Source: Thermoplasmata archaeon
GTDB taxonomy: Archaea; Thermoplasmatota; Thermoplasmata; Lutacidiplasmatales; SKW197
Reading direction: 5' to 3'
DNA: 64,000 bases
Assembly: GCA_038874435.1 (NCBI GenBank)
Contig: JAVZCK010000008.1
Span: forward strand, 9,705 to 73,704
Shown here: positions 40,938 to 50,331 of the stretch, piece by piece
How positions within the stretch are numbered: the stretch's first letter is position 1
How the letters are laid out: the number at the start of each line of letters is the position of its first letter
Notes under the pieces: model-generated
What the model was told of the DNA's origin: nothing
Databases searched by the model: none
What the model saw: only the letters and a program-made list of their open reading frames with translations
Position numbers and translations under genes: made by a program

Positions 40938-41765
40938 TCACATCAACTTTTCAAAGAGTTCATCAATATTTTCTAGTTCCTCTAACTTCTTTTTATCAAT
41001 TTTTTCCTCGGATTTCTTACCACACACCCTGCATTTCGGATTTCTCTTCCAGTTCACCACATTCATTGTGCCATTTAATCCATCATAGATTATGTAGGGT
41101 ACGGTTTTCCCAAATCCGAGAAGAATTTTTAATGCTTCCTGGCATTCAAGGGCCGCAATAATTCCCATTGTGGTTGGTAGTGAAACTGCATGGCAGGTGC
41201 CTGTTTCATGTCCCTCTGTTTTCATAGGATAGTCAGTTTTCTGGCTCACCACATGGCACCTGTAGCATGCGGTTTTGCCTGGAATTATTGTGTGCACAGA
41301 ACCCCGAATTCCATCCAAACTCGTACCACCATCCACATATGTTTTTTTCAGTTCCACACACTTTGCATTTATGAACATGCGCACACCAAAACTATCCACA
41401 CAGCCGAGCACAATATCTGACCTTTCAACTTCGGCAACAAATGCCTCATAACCATCCCTTGTAATGTCAAGGGGATAGGGTAAAATCTCCACATCTGGGT
41501 TTACATGATTAAGATACTCTTTCAGTGCCTCCACCTTCTTCATCCCTACCTGCTCCATCCTGTATATCATCCTGTTCAAATTTTCCAAACCAAGAGTGTC
41601 ATAATCAAAGATTGCAATTTTGCCAGTGCCAAGTCTCGTCATGATATCTGCACAAACTGCACCCAATCCGCCAGCACCCACTATTAAAATTCTTTTCTCC
41701 CTCAACTTTTCCAATTTTGCATGCGGAAAAATTGCAAGGCGGGAGTAGCGTTCTGGTGTGGTCAT
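40938..41765 (-). CDS. E1-like ThiF/MoeB/HesA-family adenylyltransferase with C-terminal zinc ribbon
   Basis: 275 aa. Nucleotide-binding motif ILIVGAGGLGAVCADIMTRLG. NLNRM motif, with the arginine finger. Cys motifs CYRCH...CH and CRVCGKK. Confidence 0.85.
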   Translation of the reverse strand: MTTPERYSRLAIFPHAKLEKLREKRILIVGAGGLGAVCADIMTRLGTGKIAIFDYDTLGLENLNRMIYRMEQVGMKKVEALKEYLNHVNPDVEILPYPLDITRDGYEAFVAEVERSDIVLGCVDSFGVRMFINAKCVELKKTYVDGGTSLDGIRGSVHTIIPGKTACYRCHVVSQKTDYPMKTEGHETGTCHAVSLPTTMGIIAALECQEALKILLGFGKTVPYIIYDGLNGTMNVVNWKRNPKCRVCGKKSEEKIDKKKLEELENIDELFEKLM

Positions 41766-42250
41766 AAATATCCCTGTCTTATCGCCATTGTGAGCACGCT
41801 TTGAACCCAGTAAGAAACCTCACGTTTCAGGTATAGGGCAATGCTGCAGTGCTCGTTCCACCAGAAATTCTGTTCCATGTGCATATCGCAGATGCGCAGC
41901 CCGAGAACCTCATCCTCAAGCTTCCTGTCAGTGTAGTCAATAAGCACAGGCACTCTTGCTGCAGGTGGTGTGTGGGGGTAGGTTTTTTTCAGCACAAGTT
42001 CAATATCAAACTGATAGTTTTGTGCTGTTATAGTACCTTCCCATCTGGTTGCATCATCATTAACTGGCTTAATTGAAAACCATCTCGGATTTTCGCCCAC
42101 CTTTTCCCAATACTCAATATATTCTATAAGTTTCACCAGTGCATACTTCTCTTCCTTAACTCTGAGATTCCATTTTTTGTCGCCTGGGGAAGCAACTGTT
42201 GCACATTGCAGGAAGTGGAAGAGGTCTGGCTCTTTTGGAATGGCTCTCAC
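41762..42250 (-). CDS. UBC-fold E2-like ubiquitin-conjugating enzyme homolog
   Basis: 162 aa. Matches the UBC core pattern: helix ALVKLIEYIEYWEK; ...DDATRWEGTITAQ (W.a.I.GP-like); YQFDIELVLKKTYPHTPPAARV (F.l.i.fp.dYPf.PP.v.F); and GLRICDMH in place of G.ICLDIL (candidate catalytic Cys). GTG start overlaps the Ubl stop (GTGA). Confidence 0.65.
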   Translation of the reverse strand: MRAIPKEPDLFHFLQCATVASPGDKKWNLRVKEEKYALVKLIEYIEYWEKVGENPRWFSIKPVNDDATRWEGTITAQNYQFDIELVLKKTYPHTPPAARVPVLIDYTDRKLEDEVLGLRICDMHMEQNFWWNEHCSIALYLKREVSYWVQSVLTMAIRQGYL

Positions 42251-42507
42251 CCTACAACTGATGGGTCTATTACATGAATCACCGTGTTTTTCTCAGCAAC
42301 CTCACCGACAGTTCCACCAGTTATGGGCGTTCCTGCTGGGTATGTGGCGCTCAGGATTGTCGGGTCTTTGTTCTGCTGTTTGGCTGCAATCACAAGTGCT
42401 TCCTGAAAGAGCATGCTATCTGGCACTTTCACAGTGACCACGGGTTTGTCGGGTTCACTTATAAATATGAATCTAAGTGTTACCACCGCCATGCCTATCA
42501 CCATCAC
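42247..42507 (-). CDS. small putative ubiquitin-like beta-grasp protein (C-terminal ...VVG)
   Basis: 86-aa ORF, first in the operon. KPVVTVKVP...FQEALVIAAKQ...TILSATY...TVIHVI fits a beta-alpha-beta beta-grasp pattern. Terminates with Gly. The hydrophobic N-terminal 20 aa may reflect a mis-called start (alternative start M32). Confidence 0.4.
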   Translation of the reverse strand: MMVIGMAVVTLRFIFISEPDKPVVTVKVPDSMLFQEALVIAAKQQNKDPTILSATYPAGTPITGGTVGEVAEKNTVIHVIDPSVVG

Positions 42508-42623
42508 AGATATGGAGGAGGGGTATTTATGAGTTGTGGGAGGGGGGACTGTAATGTAAGTATCTCCGTATGTTCAAATCGCCATCAAAATTTTTAAATA
42601 CACTCTTGTAATCCCTCAAATCA

Positions 42624-42878
42624 GTGGTTAGCATGAAGAAATTCATAACTGAACTTAGGGGAAAGACTGTGATGACAAATGACGGCCAGATACTTGGAGT
42701 AGTGGACAACTTCGTTGTTGACTCTCTCAGTGGAGAAATAGAACACATGCTGGTAGTCCCGGCGGAAGAGCTGGACACACGGGGCTTCAAACTAGATAAC
42801 CAGAATAGAATCATCCTGCCCTTCAAGTCCATGAGGGCAGTAAAGGATGTCATCGTGATGGATCTAGGTGGCCAGTAA
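42624..42878 (+). CDS. PRC-barrel domain protein
   Basis: 84 aa. GKTVMTNDGQILGVVDNFVVDSLSGEIEHMLVV is a typical PRC-barrel (RimM-like) segment. Confidence 0.6.
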   Translation: MVSMKKFITELRGKTVMTNDGQILGVVDNFVVDSLSGEIEHMLVVPAEELDTRGFKLDNQNRIILPFKSMRAVKDVIVMDLGGQ

Positions 42879-42901
42879 CTGCGTTTGAGTTCCGTGATTC
42901 T

Positions 42902-43624
42902 ATGCAAAAGCCAGAAATTTCGCGAATTAAAACATTCATTGAAGGGTTTGATGAAAAGTTGAATGGCGGTATTCCCCAGAAAAATGTGGTCTTGATTGCT
43001 GGTGAACCAGGCACGCTGAAAAGCACGATTGCATTCTACATTCTTTATCACAATGCCCTCAATGAAAGCATACCTGGGGTTTACATTACCTTGGAGCAGG
43101 GAAGAGAGAGTATACTTTCCAACATGGAAGGACTTGGGCTGGAGTACGCAAAGGTAGAAAAGAAGTTAAGTGTTGTCGACTTGGCTATGATCAGAAAGCA
43201 CATAGAGGGGATTGGAGAGCATACATGGATGGACATCTTCAAAATGTATGCTGACAATTTAAAAGCTACTACAGACTATCAACTTTTTGTGATTGATTCT
43301 TTGCCTGTGCTTGAAATGCTAGCTGAATTAAAAAATCCTCGGAATGAATTGTTTCATTTTTTTGAATGGCTCCGAGATCTGGATGTGACTGCCTTGGTAA
43401 TTACCGAGATGCGCCCAAACTCTCTTGAATACTGCCATTTTGGAGAGGATTTTCTTGCAGATGGTATCCTGCATGTGAAGATGGAGCAGGTGGATGAAGT
43501 CACAGTCCAGAGAAGGATTCGCTGTGTCAAAATGAGAAATACGAATCACAGCACTAATTTCTACACTTTGATGCTCGAGAATGGCGTCCTCCAGGTAACT
43601 AGAGTGCTTTCTGAAAAGACCTGA
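42902..43624 (+). CDS. KaiC/RecA-superfamily ATPase (single domain)
   Basis: 240 aa. FIEGFDEKLNGGIPQKNVVLIAGEPGTLKST Walker A region. Walker B (LFVIDSL). Confidence 0.75.
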   Translation: MQKPEISRIKTFIEGFDEKLNGGIPQKNVVLIAGEPGTLKSTIAFYILYHNALNESIPGVYITLEQGRESILSNMEGLGLEYAKVEKKLSVVDLAMIRKHIEGIGEHTWMDIFKMYADNLKATTDYQLFVIDSLPVLEMLAELKNPRNELFHFFEWLRDLDVTALVITEMRPNSLEYCHFGEDFLADGILHVKMEQVDEVTVQRRIRCVKMRNTNHSTNFYTLMLENGVLQVTRVLSEKT

Positions 43625-43648
43625 GTGAGTGCCAGATGGGGGGTTCAA

Positions 43649-43723
43649 GGGTCTGTGGGGTAGTTTGGCCTATCCTCCGTGGTTCGGGACCACGGGACTG
43701 CGGTTCAAATCCGCACAGACCCA
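43649..43723 (+). tRNA. tRNA-Pro (anticodon CGG)
   Basis: Hand fold: acceptor GGGUCUG/CAGACCC; D arm; anticodon stem CGUGG/CCACG with loop UUCGGGA (CGG, G37); 4-nt variable region; T arm UGCGG-UUCAAAU-CCGCA; discriminator A. No encoded CCA. Confidence 0.8.
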
Positions 43724-43857
43724 TTTCTAGTGGCTCTCATCTCTCAGTTGATTATCTCTAGGAACATCCTGATAGAACAGGCAATTTTCGTGATTGTCTA
43801 GTTTTTCTAACTCATTTCTAAGATAGAAATCAAAGCACAAATTCCATATACCTGCAA

Positions 43858-44127
43858 ATGTTTTTCCTAACCATGGAAAAATACACTGTTGAGATAAAGG
43901 TTGAATTGAAGAAGGGCATCACAGATCCAGAAGGAGAAAATACAAAGAAAGCACTTGCACTTCTTGGTTTCAATGCGATAGAAAGTGTCCGCTCACTTAG
44001 AATTTACGAACTCATGGTTGTTGCTGAAAACAAAGAAAAGGCGCTCGCAATTGCCGAAGAAAGCTGCAAGAAATTGTTGGCAAACCCCGTGATTCACAAC
44101 TATAAAATTATGGTCAAAGAGCAGTGA
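43858..44127 (+). CDS. purS: phosphoribosylformylglycinamidine synthase subunit PurS
   Basis: 89 aa. PurS-like (...KKGITDPEGENTKKAL...). Directly upstream of and overlapping purL. Confidence 0.8.
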   Translation: MFFLTMEKYTVEIKVELKKGITDPEGENTKKALALLGFNAIESVRSLRIYELMVVAENKEKALAIAEESCKKLLANPVIHNYKIMVKEQ

Positions 44128-46457
44128 GAAGGATGAAGACCAAAAAGCATGGAAATTTGGATAATTGTTTTGAAGTGGAGCTACCAGAAACTCCAGAGGG
44201 ATTGAAGGAAGTGAGCGATGCTCTCAAGCTTGGCCTTAGCGCAGAAGAAATGCTGCACGTGAAGAATTATTTTAAAAAGCTAGGGAGGAATCCAACAGAT
44301 GTAGAATTGAATGCAATAGGTCAGGCCTGGAGTGAACATTGCTGTTACAAGAGTTCAAAGGTTGTGCTGAAGAAATACATATTCCCACTGGAACACAAGG
44401 ACATGCTTCTCAAAGGTGATGCAGGTGTTATGAGCTTTGATGAGGAGTATGCTTACGCGATAAGAATTGAGTCACACAATCATCCCTCAGCGGTTGAGCC
44501 ATATGGTGGAGCTGCCACTGGTATAGGAGGAATTCTCAGAGATGTGCTGGCGATGGGAGCTCAACCGATCGCACTGATTGATCCATTGTTCTTTGGTCCA
44601 TTGGACATCCCATATGAAAAACTTCCAAGTGGGGTGAAGCATCCAAAATATCTATTTACTGGTGTGGTCGCAGGAATAAGGGACTATGGAAACAGAGTCG
44701 GTATTCCCACAGTTGCAGGGTTCGTCCATTTTGACCCTAACTATACATCCAATTGCTTGGTAAATGTTGGTTGTGTTGGAATCGGAAAGAAGAAGTTCAT
44801 AAAGAAGAATGCAGTTTCAAACCCAGGGGATAACTTTGTATTAGTTGGTGGACTTACGGGCAGAGATGGAATCCATGGTGTGAATTTTGCATCTGCAGTC
44901 CTCACAGAAAAAAGTGATGTGGAGGCAAGACCATCAGTCCAGCTCGGTAATCCGATAATGAAAGAACCACTAATTCATGCGGTTATGGAATGTGTGGAAG
45001 CAAATCTGGTAGAGGGTGTGAAAGATTTAGGAGGAGGTGGCCTTTCCTGTGTTTGTGGAGAGATGGCAATTGCTGGTGGCTGTGGGGCGGAAATTCATTT
45101 GGACCGGGTACCCCTGAAGGAAGAGAATATGGCCCCCTGGGAAATTTGGATTTCCGAGTCCCAGGAACGGATGATGCTCGCTGTGAAAGACGAGAATCTT
45201 TCTAAGGTGAAGGAAATTTTTGACCTCTACGATGTGCCATGCACACCTATTGGGAAGGCAGTCCCAGAAAAGAAAGTTAAGTTGTATTTCAAAGGGACTA
45301 AAGTGTTTGAACTTGACATCGATTTCTATACTGGTGGGCCCGAATATGTTAGACCTTTTGTGATTAGGAAAAGGGAGAAGACAAAAGAGAAGAATCTTCC
45401 CCCATCTCCCAAACCAGAGGAATTGGAGAAAATTTTCCTAACTATTCTTTCCGACCTGAATGTGTGTTCAAAGGAATGGGTGATTCGACTATATGACCAC
45501 GAAGTTAGAGGCAGAACGATCATTAAACCGCTTACTGGAAGACCCTCTCATCAAACACACGCTGATGCTGTGGTATTGAAACCGCTAGAGGACTCTTATC
45601 GTGGGCTTGCAATTGCAGTTGGTTCAGCTCCATGGGTTTCCGCTTTGGACCCTTACATAGGAGGAGTGATAAGTGTTGATGAGGTTGCTAGGAATCTGGC
45701 AAGTGTGGGTGCAATACCCCATGCAATGACTAACTGCATGAATTTTGGCAACCCTGAGGTGCCAGAGGTTCTTGGTGACTTTTATGAGGTGTTGAGGGGC
45801 ATCGGCGATGCCTGTCGTGCCTTCAAAATTGCCGTACCTTCTGGCAATGTGAGTTTTTACAATGAGAGTCCTGCTGGTAGAATTTTGCCTACACCAGTTG
45901 TTCTGGGCACTGGCATTGTGAAAGATGTGAGAATTTCTGCGAGTACAGATCTTGCCTCCAGTGATGGTTACATCTATTTAATTGGAGAAACTCAGGAGAA
46001 TCTTGGTGGCTCTGTCTATTCTAGAATTTACGGAATAGAAGACAATCCACCTACATGCAACCTTGGAAATGCCTTCAAGTATGTTTCCGCTGTTGTCTCT
46101 GGGATTGAGAGAGGGATAATTCGAAGTTGCCATGACATCGGTGATGGTGGACTTGCAGTGGCAATAGCTGAGATGAGTATTGGAGGAAATGTGGGTGTTG
46201 ACATCAACTTAGATGCAGTGAACATGCGGGAAGATGTATTCCTGTTCTCAGAGTCGCCAACCCGATGGATTGCAGAAGTGGATGAGGAAAATCACGAAGA
46301 ATTTGAGCGGGCTTTTGCAGGGCTAAACATAATGAGAATCGGAAGGGTAGGCGGAAAAAATATTGACTTTTTCAAGGCGGGAAAAAAGGTGCTTGGTGTT
46401 GAAATCCAGACAGCAAAGAGGGTCTGGAGTGAAACCCTTTGGAAGATAATGGGCTAA
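44124..46457 (+). CDS. purL: phosphoribosylformylglycinamidine synthase II (PurL)
   Basis: 777 aa. Two PurM-like halves. Conserved ESHNHPS...EPYGGAATG motif. Confidence 0.92.
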   Translation: MRRMKTKKHGNLDNCFEVELPETPEGLKEVSDALKLGLSAEEMLHVKNYFKKLGRNPTDVELNAIGQAWSEHCCYKSSKVVLKKYIFPLEHKDMLLKGDAGVMSFDEEYAYAIRIESHNHPSAVEPYGGAATGIGGILRDVLAMGAQPIALIDPLFFGPLDIPYEKLPSGVKHPKYLFTGVVAGIRDYGNRVGIPTVAGFVHFDPNYTSNCLVNVGCVGIGKKKFIKKNAVSNPGDNFVLVGGLTGRDGIHGVNFASAVLTEKSDVEARPSVQLGNPIMKEPLIHAVMECVEANLVEGVKDLGGGGLSCVCGEMAIAGGCGAEIHLDRVPLKEENMAPWEIWISESQERMMLAVKDENLSKVKEIFDLYDVPCTPIGKAVPEKKVKLYFKGTKVFELDIDFYTGGPEYVRPFVIRKREKTKEKNLPPSPKPEELEKIFLTILSDLNVCSKEWVIRLYDHEVRGRTIIKPLTGRPSHQTHADAVVLKPLEDSYRGLAIAVGSAPWVSALDPYIGGVISVDEVARNLASVGAIPHAMTNCMNFGNPEVPEVLGDFYEVLRGIGDACRAFKIAVPSGNVSFYNESPAGRILPTPVVLGTGIVKDVRISASTDLASSDGYIYLIGETQENLGGSVYSRIYGIEDNPPTCNLGNAFKYVSAVVSGIERGIIRSCHDIGDGGLAVAIAEMSIGGNVGVDINLDAVNMREDVFLFSESPTRWIAEVDEENHEEFERAFAGLNIMRIGRVGGKNIDFFKAGKKVLGVEIQTAKRVWSETLWKIMG

Positions 46458-46500
46458 TGGCAAAGATTATATCTTCGGTTGAAATTTAAGTGGTGATACT

Positions 46501-48018
46501 ATGATGCAGAAAGAAAAAATAAAGATAGGAGTTCCAGGACTAGACGAGATGCTCCATGGTGGGCTTATCCCTGCCAGACCATACATTGTCTCAGGACAGC
46601 TTGGGAGTGGAAAGACCACGCTTGCAATGCAATTTCTGCTTGAAGGTGTAAAAAACGGGGAAAATGTGTTATACATCACTACTGAGGAGCCCCCGAATGA
46701 ACTTAAGAAAAATTTTGAAAGTTTTAACTGGGATATTTCAAGAATAAAGGTTTTTGATGCGATTCCAGATGTGATGACATATGAAATCACTCCAGTGAAA
46801 GACATAACTGCGTTGCGGGAGATTGTTTCATTTAAGGATGTACCATACACAATTCGGAAGACCCCAGAGCATGGAGCCCCAGAGATGACATTCAATGCAT
46901 TGCAGAATGCTCTCAAACTTGCCCTGTCAACAAGCGATTATGACAGAATAGTGGTGGATTCACTTACCGCACTCAAATTTTTCTGTATACCCTCATACGA
47001 CCATAACCTGGGTGTTCAGTCCTTCATTCGTTTTCTTTCCGAACTCAAGGTTACCGCACTGCTCACTGTGGAAATGCCTCTCGAGTATCAGTTTGAACCG
47101 GAACTTTTCCTCGCAAGGGGTGAAATTCGGCTGCTGAAGTGGAGAGACAAAGACGGGGAGTTAAAGAGAGGAGTACTGATTGAAAAATACAAGGGTTCCT
47201 CGCACGATGTGCACCTCCGCCCAATGGAGATTACACCAGATGGAATTGTGGTGTACTCAGAGCTGCATGTAGAAAAGAGCCCGCTTGAAGCATACCTTGA
47301 GGCAATGCCAGTAGAAGAGCTTGAAGAAGAGGAGGTAGAAGAGAATAGAATTCCAGTGTCATCAGAGACAATAGAAAAGAAGTCAGTTGCTGAAAATCTT
47401 AGGCCAGTGAATGAGCCCTGTAAAGTTGAGCCAGTACCTGCACCGCCTTCTCCAAATCTTCCCAAGGTGGTGCAATCGCCTGTGGAACCTCCCAAACAGG
47501 TTCCAGCCACACAAGTTCCTAGCCCTGTAGCCTCCGTTACAACTTCGACAGAAGAGAAAAGAGAGATTGTGGACAAAGCCCAGATAGAGGCACTAATCAA
47601 GGAGGTAAAAATTTTGAGGGATGATGCAAACGATGCAGATTTGATTGGGATAGATGTCACGGAAATTCGTGCAATGTTGGATAAAACCGACTCGCTACTA
47701 TCTCAGGGAAAGGTAGGCGAAGTTAAGGAAACAATTATGGCTGCGAGAAAATTGCTGGATGAGAGAATAAACCTCTTCCACACTGGTAGAGAAGTTGAGA
47801 AGGTTTCTGAAGGAAGTGGCGGCGTTGCTCCTGCTCAGATTCTTACACAAGAAATTCCACAAAGTGCTGAGGTGAAAGCAGAGGAGAAAAAGGTAGAAAA
47901 ACCAGCAAAAGAAAAGAAGCCAAGGAAAAAGAAAGAGAAAAAAGTGGAGGAGAAAGAGAAGTCCGCGAAAGAGAAGAAGCCAAGAAAAAGAAAAACTGAG
48001 AAGGAGGAGGTGAGCTGA
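46501..48018 (+). CDS. KaiC/RecA-like ATPase with Pro-rich linker and Lys/Glu-rich C-terminal tail
   Basis: 505 aa. Walker A GQLGSGKTT. Post-ATPase helical segment (IGIDVTEIRAMLDKTDSLL) shared with the next gene. Tail has AKEKKPRK repeats. Confidence 0.75.
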   Translation: MMQKEKIKIGVPGLDEMLHGGLIPARPYIVSGQLGSGKTTLAMQFLLEGVKNGENVLYITTEEPPNELKKNFESFNWDISRIKVFDAIPDVMTYEITPVKDITALREIVSFKDVPYTIRKTPEHGAPEMTFNALQNALKLALSTSDYDRIVVDSLTALKFFCIPSYDHNLGVQSFIRFLSELKVTALLTVEMPLEYQFEPELFLARGEIRLLKWRDKDGELKRGVLIEKYKGSSHDVHLRPMEITPDGIVVYSELHVEKSPLEAYLEAMPVEELEEEEVEENRIPVSSETIEKKSVAENLRPVNEPCKVEPVPAPPSPNLPKVVQSPVEPPKQVPATQVPSPVASVTTSTEEKREIVDKAQIEALIKEVKILRDDANDADLIGIDVTEIRAMLDKTDSLLSQGKVGEVKETIMAARKLLDERINLFHTGREVEKVSEGSGGVAPAQILTQEIPQSAEVKAEEKKVEKPAKEKKPRKKKEKKVEEKEKSAKEKKPRKRKTEKEEVS

Positions 48019-48019
48019 G

Positions 48020-49222
48020 ATGGGTGGCGATAGAGTTAGCACAGGGCTTCAGGAACTTGACCATATGTTGAATGGAGGGCTTTTGCCAGGTAGACCGTAC
48101 ATTGTTTCTGGTCCACCGGGCAGTGGCAAAACCACACTCTGTTTGCATTTTCTCAGAGAAGGGCTAAAAAACGGAGAGCGATGCATGATTGTAACTTTGG
48201 ATGAACCACCCAACGAAATAAAGGACAACATTTCGGTTTTTGGTTGGGATTTAAGCGGGATTGCTGTGTTGGATGCCACTCCTGATATCAGAAGTTACAG
48301 AAAGGCAACAGACATTTTAGAAATAAAAAGCATGAAGGATATCAAAACGCTGGGTGAGGTTGAGGATATCCGACAGAGCTCTGCAATAAATCCATATGAC
48401 ATCACAATTCAGTCCATTTACATGAAACTCAAAAAGGAATTCCAAGACAGAAAATACGACCGTATTGTGCTTGATTCCTTCACATCTCTACGTTTGTTTG
48501 CGGTCAAAAGTGAGAATATAGATAGCGAAAGACGAGAGATTCAGTCGTTACTGCGATTTCTTGCTGAATCCGAGGTCACAACACTCATAACTTCAGAGTA
48601 CCCATCGCCTACAAAGATTGACCCAGAGTTTCTAGTTGCGAGAGGGGAAATTCGTCTCCACAAGGAGGTAATAAAAGGTACAATTGTTCGTGGCATTTCC
48701 ATAGAGAGGTTGAGAGGCACAAGCCATGATACGATGATTCGCCCACTTGAATTTACAAAGGAAGGATTGAAAATTAGAATTCCTCTGTTTAAGGGAAAGC
48801 AAGTTCCCACTTCCAAACTCACAAATGTCACCTATTCGGACGAGGAAATCAAGGCGATTATGGAACAGATCGTAGACATGAACTCATGGGTGGAGTCAAA
48901 GCTTGAGAAATGTGTTGAGATTGGAATTGATGTGAGCCACATTGAATCGTTAATTGACAAGGCAAAAATGCTTCTAGATGCATCCGAGTACAACGAAGCA
49001 TTGGAATGTGCAAAAGAGGCATGGAATATCACAGACCATAAACTTAACCAATACTTTACTGCCGTGGAACGCTGGAGAGCAAAACAAACCACTGCCAAGG
49101 ACCTGCAAGAGTATCTTAACCAGTATCCTGCAGAGCCGCTGTGTGGGGTATGTGGATGTAAGGAGATAATTCTCCTGGAGGATGGTCGACTACAGTGCAG
49201 AAGATGTGGAAATATTTTGTAG
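48020..49222 (+). CDS. KaiC/RecA-like ATPase with C-terminal zinc ribbon
   Basis: 400 aa. Walker A GPPGSGKTT. Helical segment IGIDVSHIESLIDKAKMLL homologous to the upstream paralog. C-terminal CGVCGC...CRRCG. Confidence 0.75.
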   Translation: MGGDRVSTGLQELDHMLNGGLLPGRPYIVSGPPGSGKTTLCLHFLREGLKNGERCMIVTLDEPPNEIKDNISVFGWDLSGIAVLDATPDIRSYRKATDILEIKSMKDIKTLGEVEDIRQSSAINPYDITIQSIYMKLKKEFQDRKYDRIVLDSFTSLRLFAVKSENIDSERREIQSLLRFLAESEVTTLITSEYPSPTKIDPEFLVARGEIRLHKEVIKGTIVRGISIERLRGTSHDTMIRPLEFTKEGLKIRIPLFKGKQVPTSKLTNVTYSDEEIKAIMEQIVDMNSWVESKLEKCVEIGIDVSHIESLIDKAKMLLDASEYNEALECAKEAWNITDHKLNQYFTAVERWRAKQTTAKDLQEYLNQYPAEPLCGVCGCKEIILLEDGRLQCRRCGNIL

Positions 49223-49239
49223 TAGGGGATTAGACAATA

Positions 49240-50325
49240 ATGAGAACGGGTTTTGCAGACCTTCCGCTGCATGGTGGTAGTGCACCCAGATGGTTGTTTG
49301 AGAGAATGGTTAAACTTGAGGGTGCAATAGCTGAGGTGATTGTTGAGGAATATGGCACCGCAGAATTGCTGAGACGCCTGTCCTCGCCTCACTGGTTCCA
49401 GGCGTTTGCCTGTGCAGTTGGCTTTGACTGGCATTCAAGTGGGACAACCACAGTTACCTGTGGTGCACTCAAGGAAGCCTTGGCGTTGAAAAATCTTGGC
49501 GTAAGGGTAGCTGGTGGCAAAGGTGCGACTTCAAGGGCAACCCAGCAGGAGATTGTAAAAATCGGTGATGAATTCAGTTTTACTGGGAGAAAGATTGACG
49601 AATTGAGAAGAGCAAGCAGAATGTGTGCAAAGGTGGACAACAATTGTGTCCAGGATGGACATGAACTCTACCATCATGTTATGGTGGTTGCAGAAAGCGG
49701 GGACTGGTGCGTGATTCAGCAGGGGATGCACAAGGAAAGGAATTACGCAAGGAGATACCACTGGTTTCAGCCAGAAAAATTCGTGGTTGAGCCACATGCT
49801 GGGATAGTTGGAGAGAGGATAGAGAATGTCCTTGATTTAACAGCTAAGCAAAGTGTGGAAGTCCAGAAGACCAGTGTTGACCTTGTCTGTGATGATTTTG
49901 AGAGATTACCGAGGTACCTTGCCTCTCTCACCCATCAAAGCACACTTGAGGATTTTGTTGATGGGCATCCAGTTAAACTTGAGAAATTGCAAATGCCGCT
50001 CAATGTGAACTGGGAGGTTTTGAAAAGAGTTTATGAATTCCAGCCCAGAAATTTTGAGGAACTTGTTGAGTTTAAAGGTGTGGGTGTCAGCACACTCCGT
50101 GCCCTTGCCCTGATCAGTGAAATTATTTTTGGAAAGGAACCGAGCTGGAAAGACCCTGTGAGGTTTTCGTTTGCAGTGGGCGGCAAGGACGGTGTGCCCT
50201 ACCCTGTTGACAGAAAAGCAATGGACGAATCAACAAGGTTTTTGATAGAGACGATAGAAGGGGCGAAAATTGGGAAAAAGGAAAAGCTTGAAGCGCTAAA
50301 AAGGTTGCCAGAAATAAAAGAATAA
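49240..50325 (+). CDS. conserved archaeal hypothetical protein (DUF763-like)
   Basis: 361 aa. N-terminal LPLHGGSAPRWL motif, which I recall as characteristic of the DUF763 family; not verified. Confidence 0.4.
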   Translation: MRTGFADLPLHGGSAPRWLFERMVKLEGAIAEVIVEEYGTAELLRRLSSPHWFQAFACAVGFDWHSSGTTTVTCGALKEALALKNLGVRVAGGKGATSRATQQEIVKIGDEFSFTGRKIDELRRASRMCAKVDNNCVQDGHELYHHVMVVAESGDWCVIQQGMHKERNYARRYHWFQPEKFVVEPHAGIVGERIENVLDLTAKQSVEVQKTSVDLVCDDFERLPRYLASLTHQSTLEDFVDGHPVKLEKLQMPLNVNWEVLKRVYEFQPRNFEELVEFKGVGVSTLRALALISEIIFGKEPSWKDPVRFSFAVGGKDGVPYPVDRKAMDESTRFLIETIEGAKIGKKEKLEALKRLPEIKE

Positions 50326-50331
50326 AAGAGT

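Noticed and set aside
40938-41765. Alternative reading of the E1-like gene as an ordinary MoeB/ThiF for molybdopterin or thiamine sulfur transfer
   Set aside because: The operon contains a UBC-fold-like E2 and a JAB peptidase and no MoaE/ThiG/ThiS-pathway genes. A sulfur-carrier-only role is less parsimonious, but not excluded without profile searches.
42247-42507. N-terminal hydrophobic 20 aa of the putative Ubl interpreted as a signal peptide
   Set aside because: More likely a mis-called upstream start. An in-frame Met at residue 32 would give a 55-aa core. Either way, the beta-grasp call remains tentative.
47088-48148. Minus-strand ORFs (190, 114 and 101 aa) over the 3' end of the KaiC-like gene
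   Set aside because: Antisense translation of a repetitive Lys/Glu-coding region. Low-complexity. Spurious.
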